From Syntrophales bacterium (GTDB lineage Bacteria > Desulfobacterota > Syntrophia > Syntrophales > UBA8958): a stretch of 64,000 nucleotides of DNA. Position 1 is the first letter of the stretch; each line of letters opens with the position of its first letter. Below the pieces are notes generated by a model. The model was not told the origin of the DNA. It did not search any database and saw only the letters and a program-made list of their open reading frames with translations. A program made the position numbers and the translations under genes. Below are positions 40,009 to 49,543 of the stretch, piece by piece. The stretch lies in NCBI GenBank assembly GCA_035358955.1, contig DAORXN010000001.1:66403-130402 (forward strand), read 5' to 3'.

Positions 40009-40851
40009 ATGGGTAGCAGAGGCAAGTTTATTTGGCTGACTGTTTTTCTTCTCGCTACCATCACGGGTTGTGCCACGGAATCCGATTTGCAGAGGCTTCG
40101 CGCTGATATGGAGGGGCGTATAGCCGCCTCGGAAGATAAACAGGACAAGCTGATAAAACAGGAAATCACGGCCTTACACAAGGAGATTGGAGAGGTATCT
40201 GCCTTGATCGTCTCCCTGCGTAAGGCCGAGGCCGATACGAGGGCGGATGTCACGGAGATGCGGGATCAGATTCGCCGATTAAGGGGCAGCTTGGAGGTCA
40301 TACAGAAAGAGCTTTCGGGTGTTCAGGGGCGGGTGGTAGATCCCAAGGAAGTACGGGAACTGAAAGAGAAAATTGAGCAGTTGAGCCTGAGGATCAATTT
40401 TGTGGAAAATTTCCTGGGCATCGGAAAAACGGAAGGGGGAACCAAGCCTACCCCCGGCGGGGCAATTAAGGGTAAAAGCGAAAAAGAGGCCCTTTACGCC
40501 TCGGCGTATGAGAATTTTCGGGCCGGCAAGTATGAACAGGCCCGACAAGAGTTCCAGAACTATTTGAAGGCCTATCCGCAGTCGGAATATGCCGCCAACG
40601 CCCAATTCTGGATTGCCGAGTGCTATTTCAACGAGAAGAACTACGAACAGGCCGTGTTAGAATACGAAAAAGTTATTACCGGTTACCCAGGTAGCAACAA
40701 ATTGCCCTATGCCCTTTTGAAACAGGGGCTTTCTTTTCTTCAATTGGGGGATAAGACCTCGGCCCGGGCCATATTCCAGACGATTATTAAGGATTACCCC
40801 AATACCAATCAAGCCAGCATCGCCCGGGCGAAACTGCTCGAGATGAAGTAA
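40009..40851 (+). CDS. cpoB: Tol-Pal system protein CpoB/YbgF (coiled coil + TPR)
   Basis: The lipoprotein-like signal ITGC, a coiled-coil N-domain, and C-terminal YbgF-type TPRs (YASAYENFRAGKYEQARQEFQNYLKAYPQSEYAANAQFWIAECYF...). Confidence 0.85.
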   Translation: MGSRGKFIWLTVFLLATITGCATESDLQRLRADMEGRIAASEDKQDKLIKQEITALHKEIGEVSALIVSLRKAEADTRADVTEMRDQIRRLRGSLEVIQKELSGVQGRVVDPKEVRELKEKIEQLSLRINFVENFLGIGKTEGGTKPTPGGAIKGKSEKEALYASAYENFRAGKYEQARQEFQNYLKAYPQSEYAANAQFWIAECYFNEKNYEQAVLEYEKVITGYPGSNKLPYALLKQGLSFLQLGDKTSARAIFQTIIKDYPNTNQASIARAKLLEMK

Positions 40852-41599
40852 ACCCCGGGGGGAGGGCCAACTCCAGTGGGCTTTCCTCCCCCGTCAGGCG
40901 TTCCATCTCCGAAAACTCAAAGGAAAGGGAAAGCTCGGAAGAAGAGATTTTCACCTGTCGAGGGAGGGATAAGTCGCCCATTTGCATCCTCTCGCCATAG
41001 ACCGCCACTATCTCCTCCCCTTCTTTACCCGTGATATCGATGCGCTGGATTGCTTTCTCGTCTTTTTTCGTCCACACGATGGTCTTCCCCTTTCCGTCTA
41101 AGGATACTATCTCGTAGCGCATAAAATCCCCTTCTTGCTTAGATTTTACCAAGCAATCTCTGGATCTCAAGGGAGGGAGGGCGCCGACAATTAAAGGGGT
41201 TACGTCCCGCACTTCCAAGGGCAGGTGAACGAGAGGAGATAAGTCTTTTATATCTTTGTAAAATTCATGGCGGAAGGGAAAGAAGATCCGCGCCTTCCCG
41301 TCCACGGCGGAAAGGATTACCTCCGGCGTGCCCATCGGGGAGATAATTTCCATCCTCAAGCGCTCGGGCCCTTGGAAGATAACGGCTGCCTGCAGCCGGC
41401 GCCGGGTCGCAGGCGTTTCAATGGTTATCTCGGCGAAAGCACTGATCTTATCTTGCGGCCCTTTTTGGTTAAGAAATGTTTCCCAGGCGGGAGGCGGTGG
41501 CAGGCAGACGGGTGCTATCTCCTTGAAAGCACATCCAAAAAAGAGGAAAGTTGCCAAAAGGAGCAAAGGGAAGAAGAAAAGGTCATTTTTGGAGGGCAT
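40787..41599 (-). CDS. outer-membrane lipoprotein, LolB-like/DUF4292-like
   Basis: The lipobox LFFGCAF. The size and the position downstream of a TPR lipoprotein resemble the LolB/DUF4292 arrangement. This is a family call from general pattern only. Confidence 0.55.
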   Translation of the reverse strand: MPSKNDLFFFPLLLLATFLFFGCAFKEIAPVCLPPPPAWETFLNQKGPQDKISAFAEITIETPATRRRLQAAVIFQGPERLRMEIISPMGTPEVILSAVDGKARIFFPFRHEFYKDIKDLSPLVHLPLEVRDVTPLIVGALPPLRSRDCLVKSKQEGDFMRYEIVSLDGKGKTIVWTKKDEKAIQRIDITGKEGEEIVAVYGERMQMGDLSLPRQVKISSSELSLSFEFSEMERLTGEESPLELALPPGFTSSRAVSPGRCWLDWYWGNP

Positions 41600-43289
41600 C
41601 GAGCTTTTTCTTGATCTCTACGTTTGACGGGTCAAGGCTGAGAGCTTTTTCGTAGTAGGCCTTGGCCTCCGACGTACGGTTCAGGGCCTTTAAGATATCT
41701 CCCAGGTGTTCGTTGATGGTCGGGTCGTTGGGCAAAAGTTGGAGGGCCTTTTTCAGGTACTCATAGGCCTCCGCGTACTTTCCCCGGCGGTAGTAAAGCC
41801 ATCCCACACTGTCGAGGATGTAGCCGCTATCCGGTTTCAATGTCAGGGCCCGCCGCAGCATCTGTTCCGCTTCATCTAATTTGATTCCTCGGTCGGCATA
41901 GCTGTAACCGATGAAGTTCAACGCGTCGGCGTGGTTGGGATTTTTCTCTAAGATCTTTTCCATCTGAGCGATCGCTTCGTCATGGCGTTTTTGCTTTTCG
42001 AAGATGGCGCCAAGGGCGTAAAGCAGGTCTTCCCTTCCCGGAAAGGCTTGAAGCCCCTTATGCAAGGTTTCTTCTGCCCCTGCCCAGTCCTTTTCCCCTT
42101 CCTGCAGGGATGACAGGTAGAGGTAGAGCCCCGCTTCTTTCTTGTTCTTGATGGCCTCCCTTAAGACCGCCAGTGCCTCCGTGACCTTGGCCTCCCTCTT
42201 CAAGATGGAGGCAATGCGAATACGGGCGCTGCTGTATAAATCGGAACTGACGGGGATTTCCTTGAGCAGTTGAACAGCGGAGGGGAAGTCCCTTTTTTCC
42301 TCATAGGCGGAGGCTTCCAGGTACAGAAAGCGGTAGTCTTCGGGATAGGCCTTTCTGAGAAAGGAAAAGGCTTCGATGGCCTTATCCGGCGCCCCGCTTT
42401 CGAGATAGAGCAAACCCAAGGTGAGTCTGACCTCCCTGTTGTAAGGCGAAGCTCGCAACACGCGAAGGAATTCTTTCTCCGCTTCCGCGTATCTCTTTTC
42501 TTTTAACAGGAGCTCCCCCAACTTCATGCGAACTTTGGTTTTCCTAGGGTATTTCGCCAGAAAATCGTTCAAGGTTTCGATGGCCAAGCTTTGCTTGTTC
42601 TGTTGCTCGTAGATCAATATGAGCTCCAGGAGGGCTGCGTCCTGATCGGGCTGAATTTCCAGGAACTTTTTGAACGTTTGGGCCGCCTCATCTAAGCGAC
42701 CCATTTGGATGAGGGTTCGGCCCCGCCAGTAGTTGCCCAAGAAATTGTCCGGTTCCTTTGCGAGAACGCCGTCGAAGGCTTTGAGGGCCTGGTTAAAATC
42801 GGCGATTTCCGCTGCGGCCATACCAAGATACAAATAAGCGGTCATATTGCCCGGGTCCTTGGAGATTACCTTTTGATACCGTTCGATGGCTTTCCGATAC
42901 TGCTTCGTGTTTAAGTAAAGGCCCCCCATAAACATGTTCAAATTTACGTTCTCGGGGGTGCGACGTAAGGCCTCTTCTCCCAGGGCGAGCGCCGTGTTTA
43001 GGTCCCCCTGCTCCGCATAAACGGCCAAAAGTTCTGTGACAATCTCCGCGGAGTCGGGATCGGCTTTTAAAGCGGCTTTTAACTCCTCGATGGCCCGGGT
43101 GCCATCCCCGGAAAAGGCGTGCAAAAGCCCGATGGAGTAGTGATAGAGGGCAGAAGAAGGGGGCCAGACGATCTCTGCTGGGGGAGGGCTTTTTTTCTGA
43201 AGGAGGTAGTCCCGCCCCGTAAGAGAGCAACCCGTCATCCCCAGGAAAAAGGCAAGAAAAGCGGCGAAGATGATCTTTTTAAGGTTCAT
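41583..43289 (-). CDS. TPR-repeat lipoprotein
   Basis: The lipobox GMTGCSL, and more than 10 tandem TPR units (A..Y..AL..DP-type periodicity throughout the 568 aa). Confidence 0.8.
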   Translation of the reverse strand: MNLKKIIFAAFLAFFLGMTGCSLTGRDYLLQKKSPPPAEIVWPPSSALYHYSIGLLHAFSGDGTRAIEELKAALKADPDSAEIVTELLAVYAEQGDLNTALALGEEALRRTPENVNLNMFMGGLYLNTKQYRKAIERYQKVISKDPGNMTAYLYLGMAAAEIADFNQALKAFDGVLAKEPDNFLGNYWRGRTLIQMGRLDEAAQTFKKFLEIQPDQDAALLELILIYEQQNKQSLAIETLNDFLAKYPRKTKVRMKLGELLLKEKRYAEAEKEFLRVLRASPYNREVRLTLGLLYLESGAPDKAIEAFSFLRKAYPEDYRFLYLEASAYEEKRDFPSAVQLLKEIPVSSDLYSSARIRIASILKREAKVTEALAVLREAIKNKKEAGLYLYLSSLQEGEKDWAGAEETLHKGLQAFPGREDLLYALGAIFEKQKRHDEAIAQMEKILEKNPNHADALNFIGYSYADRGIKLDEAEQMLRRALTLKPDSGYILDSVGWLYYRRGKYAEAYEYLKKALQLLPNDPTINEHLGDILKALNRTSEAKAYYEKALSLDPSNVEIKKKLDALQK

Positions 43290-44650
43290 TTGCTGCTACT
43301 TTTTGCTTTTCTTTCCATGATTTCCCAGCTTTTCAGGATGTCGTAAGCGCTCTTTAACTGATTGTCTTTCGTCATGTCGCCAAAGGGCCTCTTCAAGGGA
43401 AAGTCTTTTTTCTTTTCCTCTTCTCGCGGTACGGCGGGCGCAGGTGGTCTTCCTTCTTCCGGCTCGCCTTTCATTTCGTTGGGCGATTTGAGATGCCCTT
43501 CCAGGTCTTTCTCTCTAATGGCGTATCTTTCCCCTTCTTCCCCACCGGCGAGGTACTTGACTTCTATATCCGGTTTTATGCCCTCGGCCTGGATGGACCT
43601 ACCGCTCGGGGTGTAATACCTGGCCGTGGTGAGTTTGAGGGCGGCCCCCCCTTCTAAGGGGATCACGGTTTGCACGGATCCCTTGCCAAAGGTCTGCGTC
43701 CCTAAGATGAGGGCCCTTCCGTTATCTTGGAGGGCACCTGCCACGATCTCGGAGGCCGAGGCCGAGCCTTCATTTACCAGGCAGACAATGGGACATTCGG
43801 GTTCGTTGCCCTGATGGCGGGCGGAGATGGTGGTGTCCATCGCCTTTGTCCTTCCATGGGTGGAGACGATTACCCCCGACTTGAGGAAGAGATCGGCGAC
43901 CTCGACCGCCTGGGGGAGAAGGCCGCCCGGATTGTTCCTGAGATCCAATACGAGGCCCTTAAGTTGGGTTGTCGTCTTATTTATTTCCTGCAGGCTGCGA
44001 CGCAATTCATCGGCGGTTTTTTCCTGAAACGACGAAAGCCTTATGTAGGCAATCTGGGGATCTAACATTTTATACTTGACGCTCCGAACATTGATAATGG
44101 CCCGGGTAATCTCGACGTCTCGTAATTTGCTGCTACCCTCTCGTAGGATCTGCAGCGTAACCTTCGTCCCCTGGGGCCCCCGCAGTTTTTTTACCGCTTC
44201 CATGAGGGTCATTTCTTTGGTGGGTTTGCCGTCGATGGTTATAATTTGGTCCCCCGCTTTGATGCCCGCGTGGTAAGCCGGCGTATCTTCGATGGGGGCG
44301 ACCACAGTCAGGACATCGCGGTGGATCATGATCTCCATCCCTACGCCACCGAATTGCCCCTTGGTTTCAATTTCCAAATCCTTGTACATGTCGGGCGTCA
44401 TGTAGGCACTGTGGGGATCCAGGCTTTTGACCATGCCGTTTATGGCCCCCTCGATTAATTTTTCCGCTTTCACCGGCTCGACGTAGTTCTTCTCGATGAT
44501 ACTGAGGATTTCGGTAAATACCTTCAAATTGGTATATATGCTCCGATCAACGGAGGCACTCACCCGACTATCGGAAACAAAACCGACGAGCAACACGGCG
44601 ATCGCAAGTAGGAGTATTGCGATCCTCGCACGATAGGGAAAAATCTTCAT
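43286..44650 (-). CDS. ctpA: carboxy-terminal processing peptidase, S41 family
   Basis: A PDZ domain (PAYHAGIKAGDQIITIDGKP), DLRNNPGG, and the catalytic NEGSASASEI...GTQTFGKGSVQ. Confidence 0.92.
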   Translation of the reverse strand: MKIFPYRARIAILLLAIAVLLVGFVSDSRVSASVDRSIYTNLKVFTEILSIIEKNYVEPVKAEKLIEGAINGMVKSLDPHSAYMTPDMYKDLEIETKGQFGGVGMEIMIHRDVLTVVAPIEDTPAYHAGIKAGDQIITIDGKPTKEMTLMEAVKKLRGPQGTKVTLQILREGSSKLRDVEITRAIINVRSVKYKMLDPQIAYIRLSSFQEKTADELRRSLQEINKTTTQLKGLVLDLRNNPGGLLPQAVEVADLFLKSGVIVSTHGRTKAMDTTISARHQGNEPECPIVCLVNEGSASASEIVAGALQDNGRALILGTQTFGKGSVQTVIPLEGGAALKLTTARYYTPSGRSIQAEGIKPDIEVKYLAGGEEGERYAIREKDLEGHLKSPNEMKGEPEEGRPPAPAVPREEEKKKDFPLKRPFGDMTKDNQLKSAYDILKSWEIMERKAKSSSK

Positions 44651-44725
44651 CTACACCTCCACGCCCGAAATTTATTAGCCAATATCATATCATCTATTGC
44701 CGCATGATGGCTATAAGTTTTTGCC

Positions 44726-44755
44726 AAAAATAAAAAAGTGTGGCTTCCACCACAC
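44726..44755 (-). terminator. putative Rho-independent terminator after rnpB
   Basis: The minus strand reads GUGUGG-UGGAAG-CCACAC followed by UUUUUUAUUUUU. The stem occupies 44738-44743 and 44750-44755, and the U-tract occupies 44726-44737. Confidence 0.5.
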
Positions 44756-44770
44756 CAGGAAAGATAACGT

Positions 44771-45130
44771 CCGAGTAGATCGTAAGCCGAGTTCTGTTAC
44801 CGCCCGACGGCGGTGGTGATCATCCATCTGGGACGACAGTTGCCTGCCGCCTCAAGCGACCTACCCGAGAACATCGGACGGGCCATCCTCCATCGTTCTC
44901 CTATTTGGTCTTGCTCCGGATGGGGTTTGCCTTGCCTCCCCTGTCACCAGGGGAGCGGTGAGCTCTTACCTCGCCTTTTCACCCTTACCCCGCATGGGCG
45001 GGGCGGTATATTTTCTGTGGCACTTTCCTTGGGGTCACCCCCAGTCGCCGTTAGCGACCATCCTGCCCTGTGGAGCTCGGACTTTCCTCCGACCATAGCC
45101 ATATGGTCGGCGATCACCTCCTCTACTCAG
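44771..45130 (-). ncRNA. rnpB: RNase P RNA, bacterial type A
   Basis: The reverse complement contains the universal blocks in correct order: GGAGGAAAGUCCGAGCUCCACAGGGCAG, AGUGCCACAGAAAAUA, GGUAAGGGUGAAAAGG, GAGGUAAGAGCUCACC, GGCAAGGCAAACCCCAUCCGGAGCAAGACCAAAUAGG, ACAGAACUCGGCUUAC. The P1 helix is formed by the two ends, and pairing can extend to 44761/45140. Confidence 0.93.
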
Positions 45131-45849
45131 ACGTTATCTTTGCTCTGGTTGTACCAGTATAGTATGCGATTGCATTCAGGGCAATAGATAAGTTTGTCCC
45201 CCGCATAGAGCTCATTGTAAAGTTGAGGCGGGATGTTCATGTGGCAACCGCTACATACTTCCCTCCAGGCGGGCACGACGGCCAGGCCATGATTGATGGC
45301 CTTAATCTGCTCGTATTTTTTCAGGATATCGGGAGGTAGGCTGGCCGTTAGTTGCTTTCTCTGCTCCAGACAGGCGAGCAGTTTATCGTCTATCGCCTCG
45401 AGTTCACCGGTTAACTCTTTTCTTTTCTCTTCGTGCTTCTTCTCTTCTGCTCGCAGATGGGCTTCCTTTTCTTTCAGGTCCTTTTTTTGCCCATCTATCT
45501 CGTCTAAGATGAGGATGATCGCCTCTTCGTATTCTTCATTTTTCTTCTCCATGGCCTCGATTTCGAGGAGCCCCGCCTGATATTCCTTGTTCGTTTTTAC
45601 TTCCAGCAGCTTTTCTTTCGCTTTTTTCAGTGACTCCCCCGCCTTCTTGAGCTTTTCTTCGAGCTCCCGGTGCCTTTTTGCCGTTTCTTCCATCTGGGCC
45701 CGGCATTGGTCTACCCTGGCTTTGATCGCATCGAATTCGTCGTCTATTTTCTGTATCTCTTCCGGGAGACTTTTTCTTTTGGCGTTTATTTGGCTTATTT
45801 CGGAGTCGATTCCCTGGAGGGCTATGAGCTTACGCAATACTTCGTTCAA
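45127..45849 (-). CDS. coiled-coil + C4 zinc-ribbon protein (COG1579/DUF164-like)
   Basis: A long heptad-rich E/K region, then the C-terminal CSGCHMNIPPQLYNEL...IYCPECNRILY zinc ribbon. RBS GGGAGG is upstream. Confidence 0.8.
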   Translation of the reverse strand: MNEVLRKLIALQGIDSEISQINAKRKSLPEEIQKIDDEFDAIKARVDQCRAQMEETAKRHRELEEKLKKAGESLKKAKEKLLEVKTNKEYQAGLLEIEAMEKKNEEYEEAIILILDEIDGQKKDLKEKEAHLRAEEKKHEEKRKELTGELEAIDDKLLACLEQRKQLTASLPPDILKKYEQIKAINHGLAVVPAWREVCSGCHMNIPPQLYNELYAGDKLIYCPECNRILYWYNQSKDNV

Positions 45850-45887
45850 ATATGAACCTCCCTTAAGACAGCAAAAAAAGAGTTGGG

Positions 45888-45960
45888 TGGGCCCACCTGG
45901 GATCGAACCAGGGACCTACCGGTTATGAGCCGGTGGCTCTACCAATTGAGCTATGGGCCC
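45888..45960 (-). tRNA. tRNA with anticodon CAU (elongator Met-type; Ile2/lysidine type not excluded)
   Basis: A hand-folded 73-nt cloverleaf: acceptor GGGCCCA/UGGGCCC, D stem GCUC/GAGC, anticodon stem ACCGG/CCGGU with loop CUCAUAA, variable loop AGGUC, T arm CCUGG-UUCGAUC-CCAGG, discriminator A. G1-C72 is paired and there is no GGG/CCC anticodon stem, so it is not an initiator. The 3' CCA is not fully encoded (CCC follows). Confidence 0.93.
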
Positions 45961-46023
45961 CTTCCTGCTTAATCTTTATAGCTATAACGGGCACACGATA
46001 TTGTCAACCATTAATGACGTACC

Positions 46024-47754
46024 CTATTTTTTCTTCGCGTTGTCATGGTTTAAGCTCCGATCGAGAGAGATGGGGGGTACGGGGGTGGGATTTTCCACTC
46101 CTTGCAGCTCTTCCAATTCCTCTTCCTGAAGTTCCACCCGTTCGCTGATGCCGAATCTCATGCGCAGCACCTTCTCCTCCCTGGGGGTGAGGGTGGAAAG
46201 GATCTTGCGCATCTGCTCCGCCAGGTCCATGCTGATCGTAGCCTCCGAGGGGGACATGATCCGCTTATCCTCAATGAAATCTCCCAGGTGGCTGTCTTCT
46301 TCCTCCCCGATGGGGGTTTCCAAGGAAATGGGCTCCTTGGCTATCTTCAGAACCTTGCGGACCTTTTCCAGGGGATACTCCATTTTCTCTGCAATCTCCT
46401 CGGGGGTGGGTTCTCGCCCTAATTCCTGCACCAGGTATCTCGACGTGCGGATGAGTTTGTTGATGGTCTCAATCATATGGACAGGGATTCTTATGGTTCT
46501 CGCCTGGTCGGCAATGGCCCTGGTGATGGCCTGCCTTATCCACCAGGTGGCGTAAGTGGAGAATTTGTATCCCCGTTGGTATTCGAACTTGTCCACCGCC
46601 TTCATGAGACCTATGTTTCCTTCCTGGACCAGATCGAGGAACTGGAGGCCTCTGTTGGTATACTTTTTCGCAATACTGACGACGAGCCGCAAGTTCGCCT
46701 CCACGAGCCTTTTCTTGGCGGCCTCCGCTTTTCTTTCCCCTTCTTCCACCCTTCTCACCACTTCTTTGAGCTCCGTCACCGAGAGGTTCGTTTCCCTTTT
46801 TAACCTTTTGAAGACGCGGTTGGCTTCCTTTACCACCTCTTCTGCCTGTTTTAGTCCTTCTAAGGGCACCCCGTATTCGGCCGCGATTTGTTTGGCCTTC
46901 TGCGGTTCGAGCCTGATTCGACTCCATGCCTTTTCCATCTGGGTGAGGGAGAGATGGAGAGATTCCTTACATTTTTTGATTTTTGCTTCCTGCGCCTCTA
47001 TTTCGGCCATGTACTGCCTTAAACGCTCGACGAGGCGATCGATCTGCCTTTTATTGAATTTGATCTTGGCACAGTGCTTGACTATACCCTTCGTATTTTT
47101 CTCGATCTCCCTTTGGATGGCTGCCCGCTCCACTGAAGAGAGGTCCTTTTCTCTGAGGCGGGCCCATAGGGCCTCGTTTTTGCGTCCCAGCACGGCCACT
47201 TTATCTATAAGCTTTACTACCCGATCTCGGTGCGGCTCCTCGTCCACGAAACCGTCTTCATCGTCCAGGTTGGACACCACGTTTTTGATCCTGATTTCGC
47301 CTTTTTTCAGTTTTTCTCCTATTTCCACTACGTCTCTCACGCATGCCGGGATTTTGAAGATAGATTCCATCACTTCCTGCACGCCTTCTTCTATTTTTTT
47401 GGCGATCTCCACTTCCCCTTCGCGACTGAGTAGGGAAACCATCCCCATTTCGCGCAGATACATCTTCACGGGATCTCCCGTTTTCCCCGCAATGGACATG
47501 AGACTCAAAAGGTCTTCATCCCTTATGGTCGATGCCTCTTCTGCCGCTTTATTGACGACTATCTTTTCCCCTTTTTCGGTATCGATGACGTCAATGTTCT
47601 TTTCCCCAAGGAGCATGAAAATATCGTCGATCTGGTCGGGGGAGACGACATCGGCCGAGAGGATTTCATTTATATCGTCGTAGGTAATTAAACCCTTCTC
47701 TTCTCCCAGAGAGATGAGTTTCTTTAATTCTTCCGATTCGATTTCTTTCGCCAT
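46024..47754 (-). CDS. rpoD: RNA polymerase sigma-70 factor RpoD with an aberrant C-terminus (region 4.2 not recognisable)
   Basis: Region 1.2 LREMG, region 2 [71 protein letters not shown], region 3, and region 4.1 [15 protein letters not shown] are all present. The last 40 aa, [40 protein letters not shown], do not match the TLEEVG..F.VTRERIRQIE motif. Confidence 0.88.
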   Translation of the reverse strand: MAKEIESEELKKLISLGEEKGLITYDDINEILSADVVSPDQIDDIFMLLGEKNIDVIDTEKGEKIVVNKAAEEASTIRDEDLLSLMSIAGKTGDPVKMYLREMGMVSLLSREGEVEIAKKIEEGVQEVMESIFKIPACVRDVVEIGEKLKKGEIRIKNVVSNLDDEDGFVDEEPHRDRVVKLIDKVAVLGRKNEALWARLREKDLSSVERAAIQREIEKNTKGIVKHCAKIKFNKRQIDRLVERLRQYMAEIEAQEAKIKKCKESLHLSLTQMEKAWSRIRLEPQKAKQIAAEYGVPLEGLKQAEEVVKEANRVFKRLKRETNLSVTELKEVVRRVEEGERKAEAAKKRLVEANLRLVVSIAKKYTNRGLQFLDLVQEGNIGLMKAVDKFEYQRGYKFSTYATWWIRQAITRAIADQARTIRIPVHMIETINKLIRTSRYLVQELGREPTPEEIAEKMEYPLEKVRKVLKIAKEPISLETPIGEEEDSHLGDFIEDKRIMSPSEATISMDLAEQMRKILSTLTPREEKVLRMRFGISERVELQEEELEELQGVENPTPVPPISLDRSLNHDNAKKK

Positions 47755-47763
47755 GTGGCCTCC

Positions 47764-49533
47764 TTAGCTCACGGTTAATTTTCTTGCGTTTTGCTCCTCT
47801 TTGAGCAATCTGGCCTTCGCCGCCAAAAGCTCGCGGCACAACGCTTCGTCGCCACTTTCCTGCGCTTGTCTGATCTGCCAGTTGAGGTGCTTGCTTGCCC
47901 GCTCATACCATTTTCCCTTTATCCTTTGGGCCGTATCGAGGAATTCCTTTTCCCGGTTTCCTTCCTCCTTGGCCATGGACCAGGAAAGGAGGCGCCGACG
48001 CCTACTATCGTCGAGCTTTTCCAGCACCTCCGCCATATTTGGTAGCGCGCCACCTTGTAAGCGATCTAAGATGAAAGAAGCCACGCTCTTTAAGTCTTCG
48101 TGCAGGAAGAGATCAACGAGATTCGATTTGGAGATGCGTTGAGCAAAGCTTTCCTCCTCCAACATAAGGTAGATGAGCTTAAGTTCGAGTAAGTCGCTGG
48201 CCGCTTCCGTGGGCGGAGGGGTCTTTCCTGGGGCCGGAAAACCCGGCTTGTGCCTGACTTCAAGTTCGCGTGCGAGGATACGCTCATCGATATCCAGCCT
48301 TTGCGCTATGCGCCGGATGAAGAGGTGGCGCTCGGCGGGAGAAGAAATCTGGTTGACGAAGGCCAGGGCCTCCTGGATCGAGATCCGCTCCTTTTGGATA
48401 CCGCCGGCAGGGCGCAGTACTTCATCAATATAATACTCCACCGCCGGTTGGGCGTGTTCGACTTCTCTTTTCCACTTTTCCACGCCGAAGGTGCGCATGT
48501 ACAGATCGGGGTCGTAACCTTCGGGTAAGACTACTACCTTCATCTCTACGTTTTCCTTCAGGAATAACGATAAACCCCTGGTGAGGGCCTTCTTCCCTGC
48601 CTCATCGGGATCGAAAATGACCACGGCCCGAGAGGTGTACCTACGCATCAGGGACACGTGTTCCTCCGTCAAGGCCGTGCCCAGGGTGGCAACCACGTTG
48701 TCGATACCTTGCTCCCAGAGAGAGAGGAGATCGAAGTACCCTTCAACCACGATTACGAAACCTTGCGTCCGAATTCCCTCCCGGGCCAAGTTAAGCCCGT
48801 ATAATGAGCGACCCTTGATGTAGACGGGGGATTCGGGAGAGTTCAGATACTTGGGCGTTCCATCCCCGAGATCGCGGCCGCCGAAAGCTATCACGCGGTT
48901 CATAACATCGAAGATGGGGAAAATGATGCGTTGGCGAAAACGATCATAGTAACCCCCTTTGTCACGGCCAATGAGGAGGCCCGCCTGAAGGGCGATCTGG
49001 AGATCGAAACCGGCTCTTTTCAATTTGTCTCCCAACCAGTGCCACTCGTTAGGTGCGTATCCCAACTGGAATTGGCGAATCGTCTTCTCTCCGATACCCC
49101 GCTCCCTTAAGTAGCGGCGGGCGCGTTCCCCCGGAGGGGAAAAAAGGGCCTGGGCGAACAGCTCCGCCGCCTTCTTATTGATGGTAAAAAGCTCTTCCTT
49201 TCCCTTGTCCCCGGCCCTTTGGGCGGCCGTTTCCTTGATAGGTATGCCGCCGCGCTGGGCGAGAAAATGAACCGCTTCGGGGAAGGAAAGATTGTTCATC
49301 TTCATGAGAAAGGAGACCACATCTCCACCCGTCCCGCAGCCGAAACAGTAGAAGATCTGTTTTTCCGGGCTGACGGTAAAGGAAGGCGTCTTCTCCTTAT
49401 GAAAGGGGCACAATCCCACGTAGTTTCGGCCCGCTTTCTTCAAGGCCACGTACCCGGAGACGAGCTCTACAATATCCGTTCTCTCCCGGACCTCGTGGAT
49501 TATTTGATCGGAAATTACCGTCACCAGTGCCAT
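47764..49533 (-). CDS. dnaG: DNA primase
   Basis: The zinc finger CPFHKEKTPSFTVSPEKQIFYCFGCGTGGD, the RNA-polymerase core, the Toprim motif VVEGYFD, and the position upstream of rpoD. Confidence 0.95.
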   Translation of the reverse strand: MALVTVISDQIIHEVRERTDIVELVSGYVALKKAGRNYVGLCPFHKEKTPSFTVSPEKQIFYCFGCGTGGDVVSFLMKMNNLSFPEAVHFLAQRGGIPIKETAAQRAGDKGKEELFTINKKAAELFAQALFSPPGERARRYLRERGIGEKTIRQFQLGYAPNEWHWLGDKLKRAGFDLQIALQAGLLIGRDKGGYYDRFRQRIIFPIFDVMNRVIAFGGRDLGDGTPKYLNSPESPVYIKGRSLYGLNLAREGIRTQGFVIVVEGYFDLLSLWEQGIDNVVATLGTALTEEHVSLMRRYTSRAVVIFDPDEAGKKALTRGLSLFLKENVEMKVVVLPEGYDPDLYMRTFGVEKWKREVEHAQPAVEYYIDEVLRPAGGIQKERISIQEALAFVNQISSPAERHLFIRRIAQRLDIDERILARELEVRHKPGFPAPGKTPPPTEAASDLLELKLIYLMLEEESFAQRISKSNLVDLFLHEDLKSVASFILDRLQGGALPNMAEVLEKLDDSRRRRLLSWSMAKEEGNREKEFLDTAQRIKGKWYERASKHLNWQIRQAQESGDEALCRELLAAKARLLKEEQNARKLTVS

Positions 49534-49543
49534 ACCTCCCGGA

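Noticed and set aside
46556-47683. A 375-aa plus-strand ORF rich in S/L/F
   Set aside because: It is antisense to the E/K-rich rpoD coding sequence. The low-complexity Ser/Leu/Phe composition is what the complement of GAA/AAG-rich codons produces.
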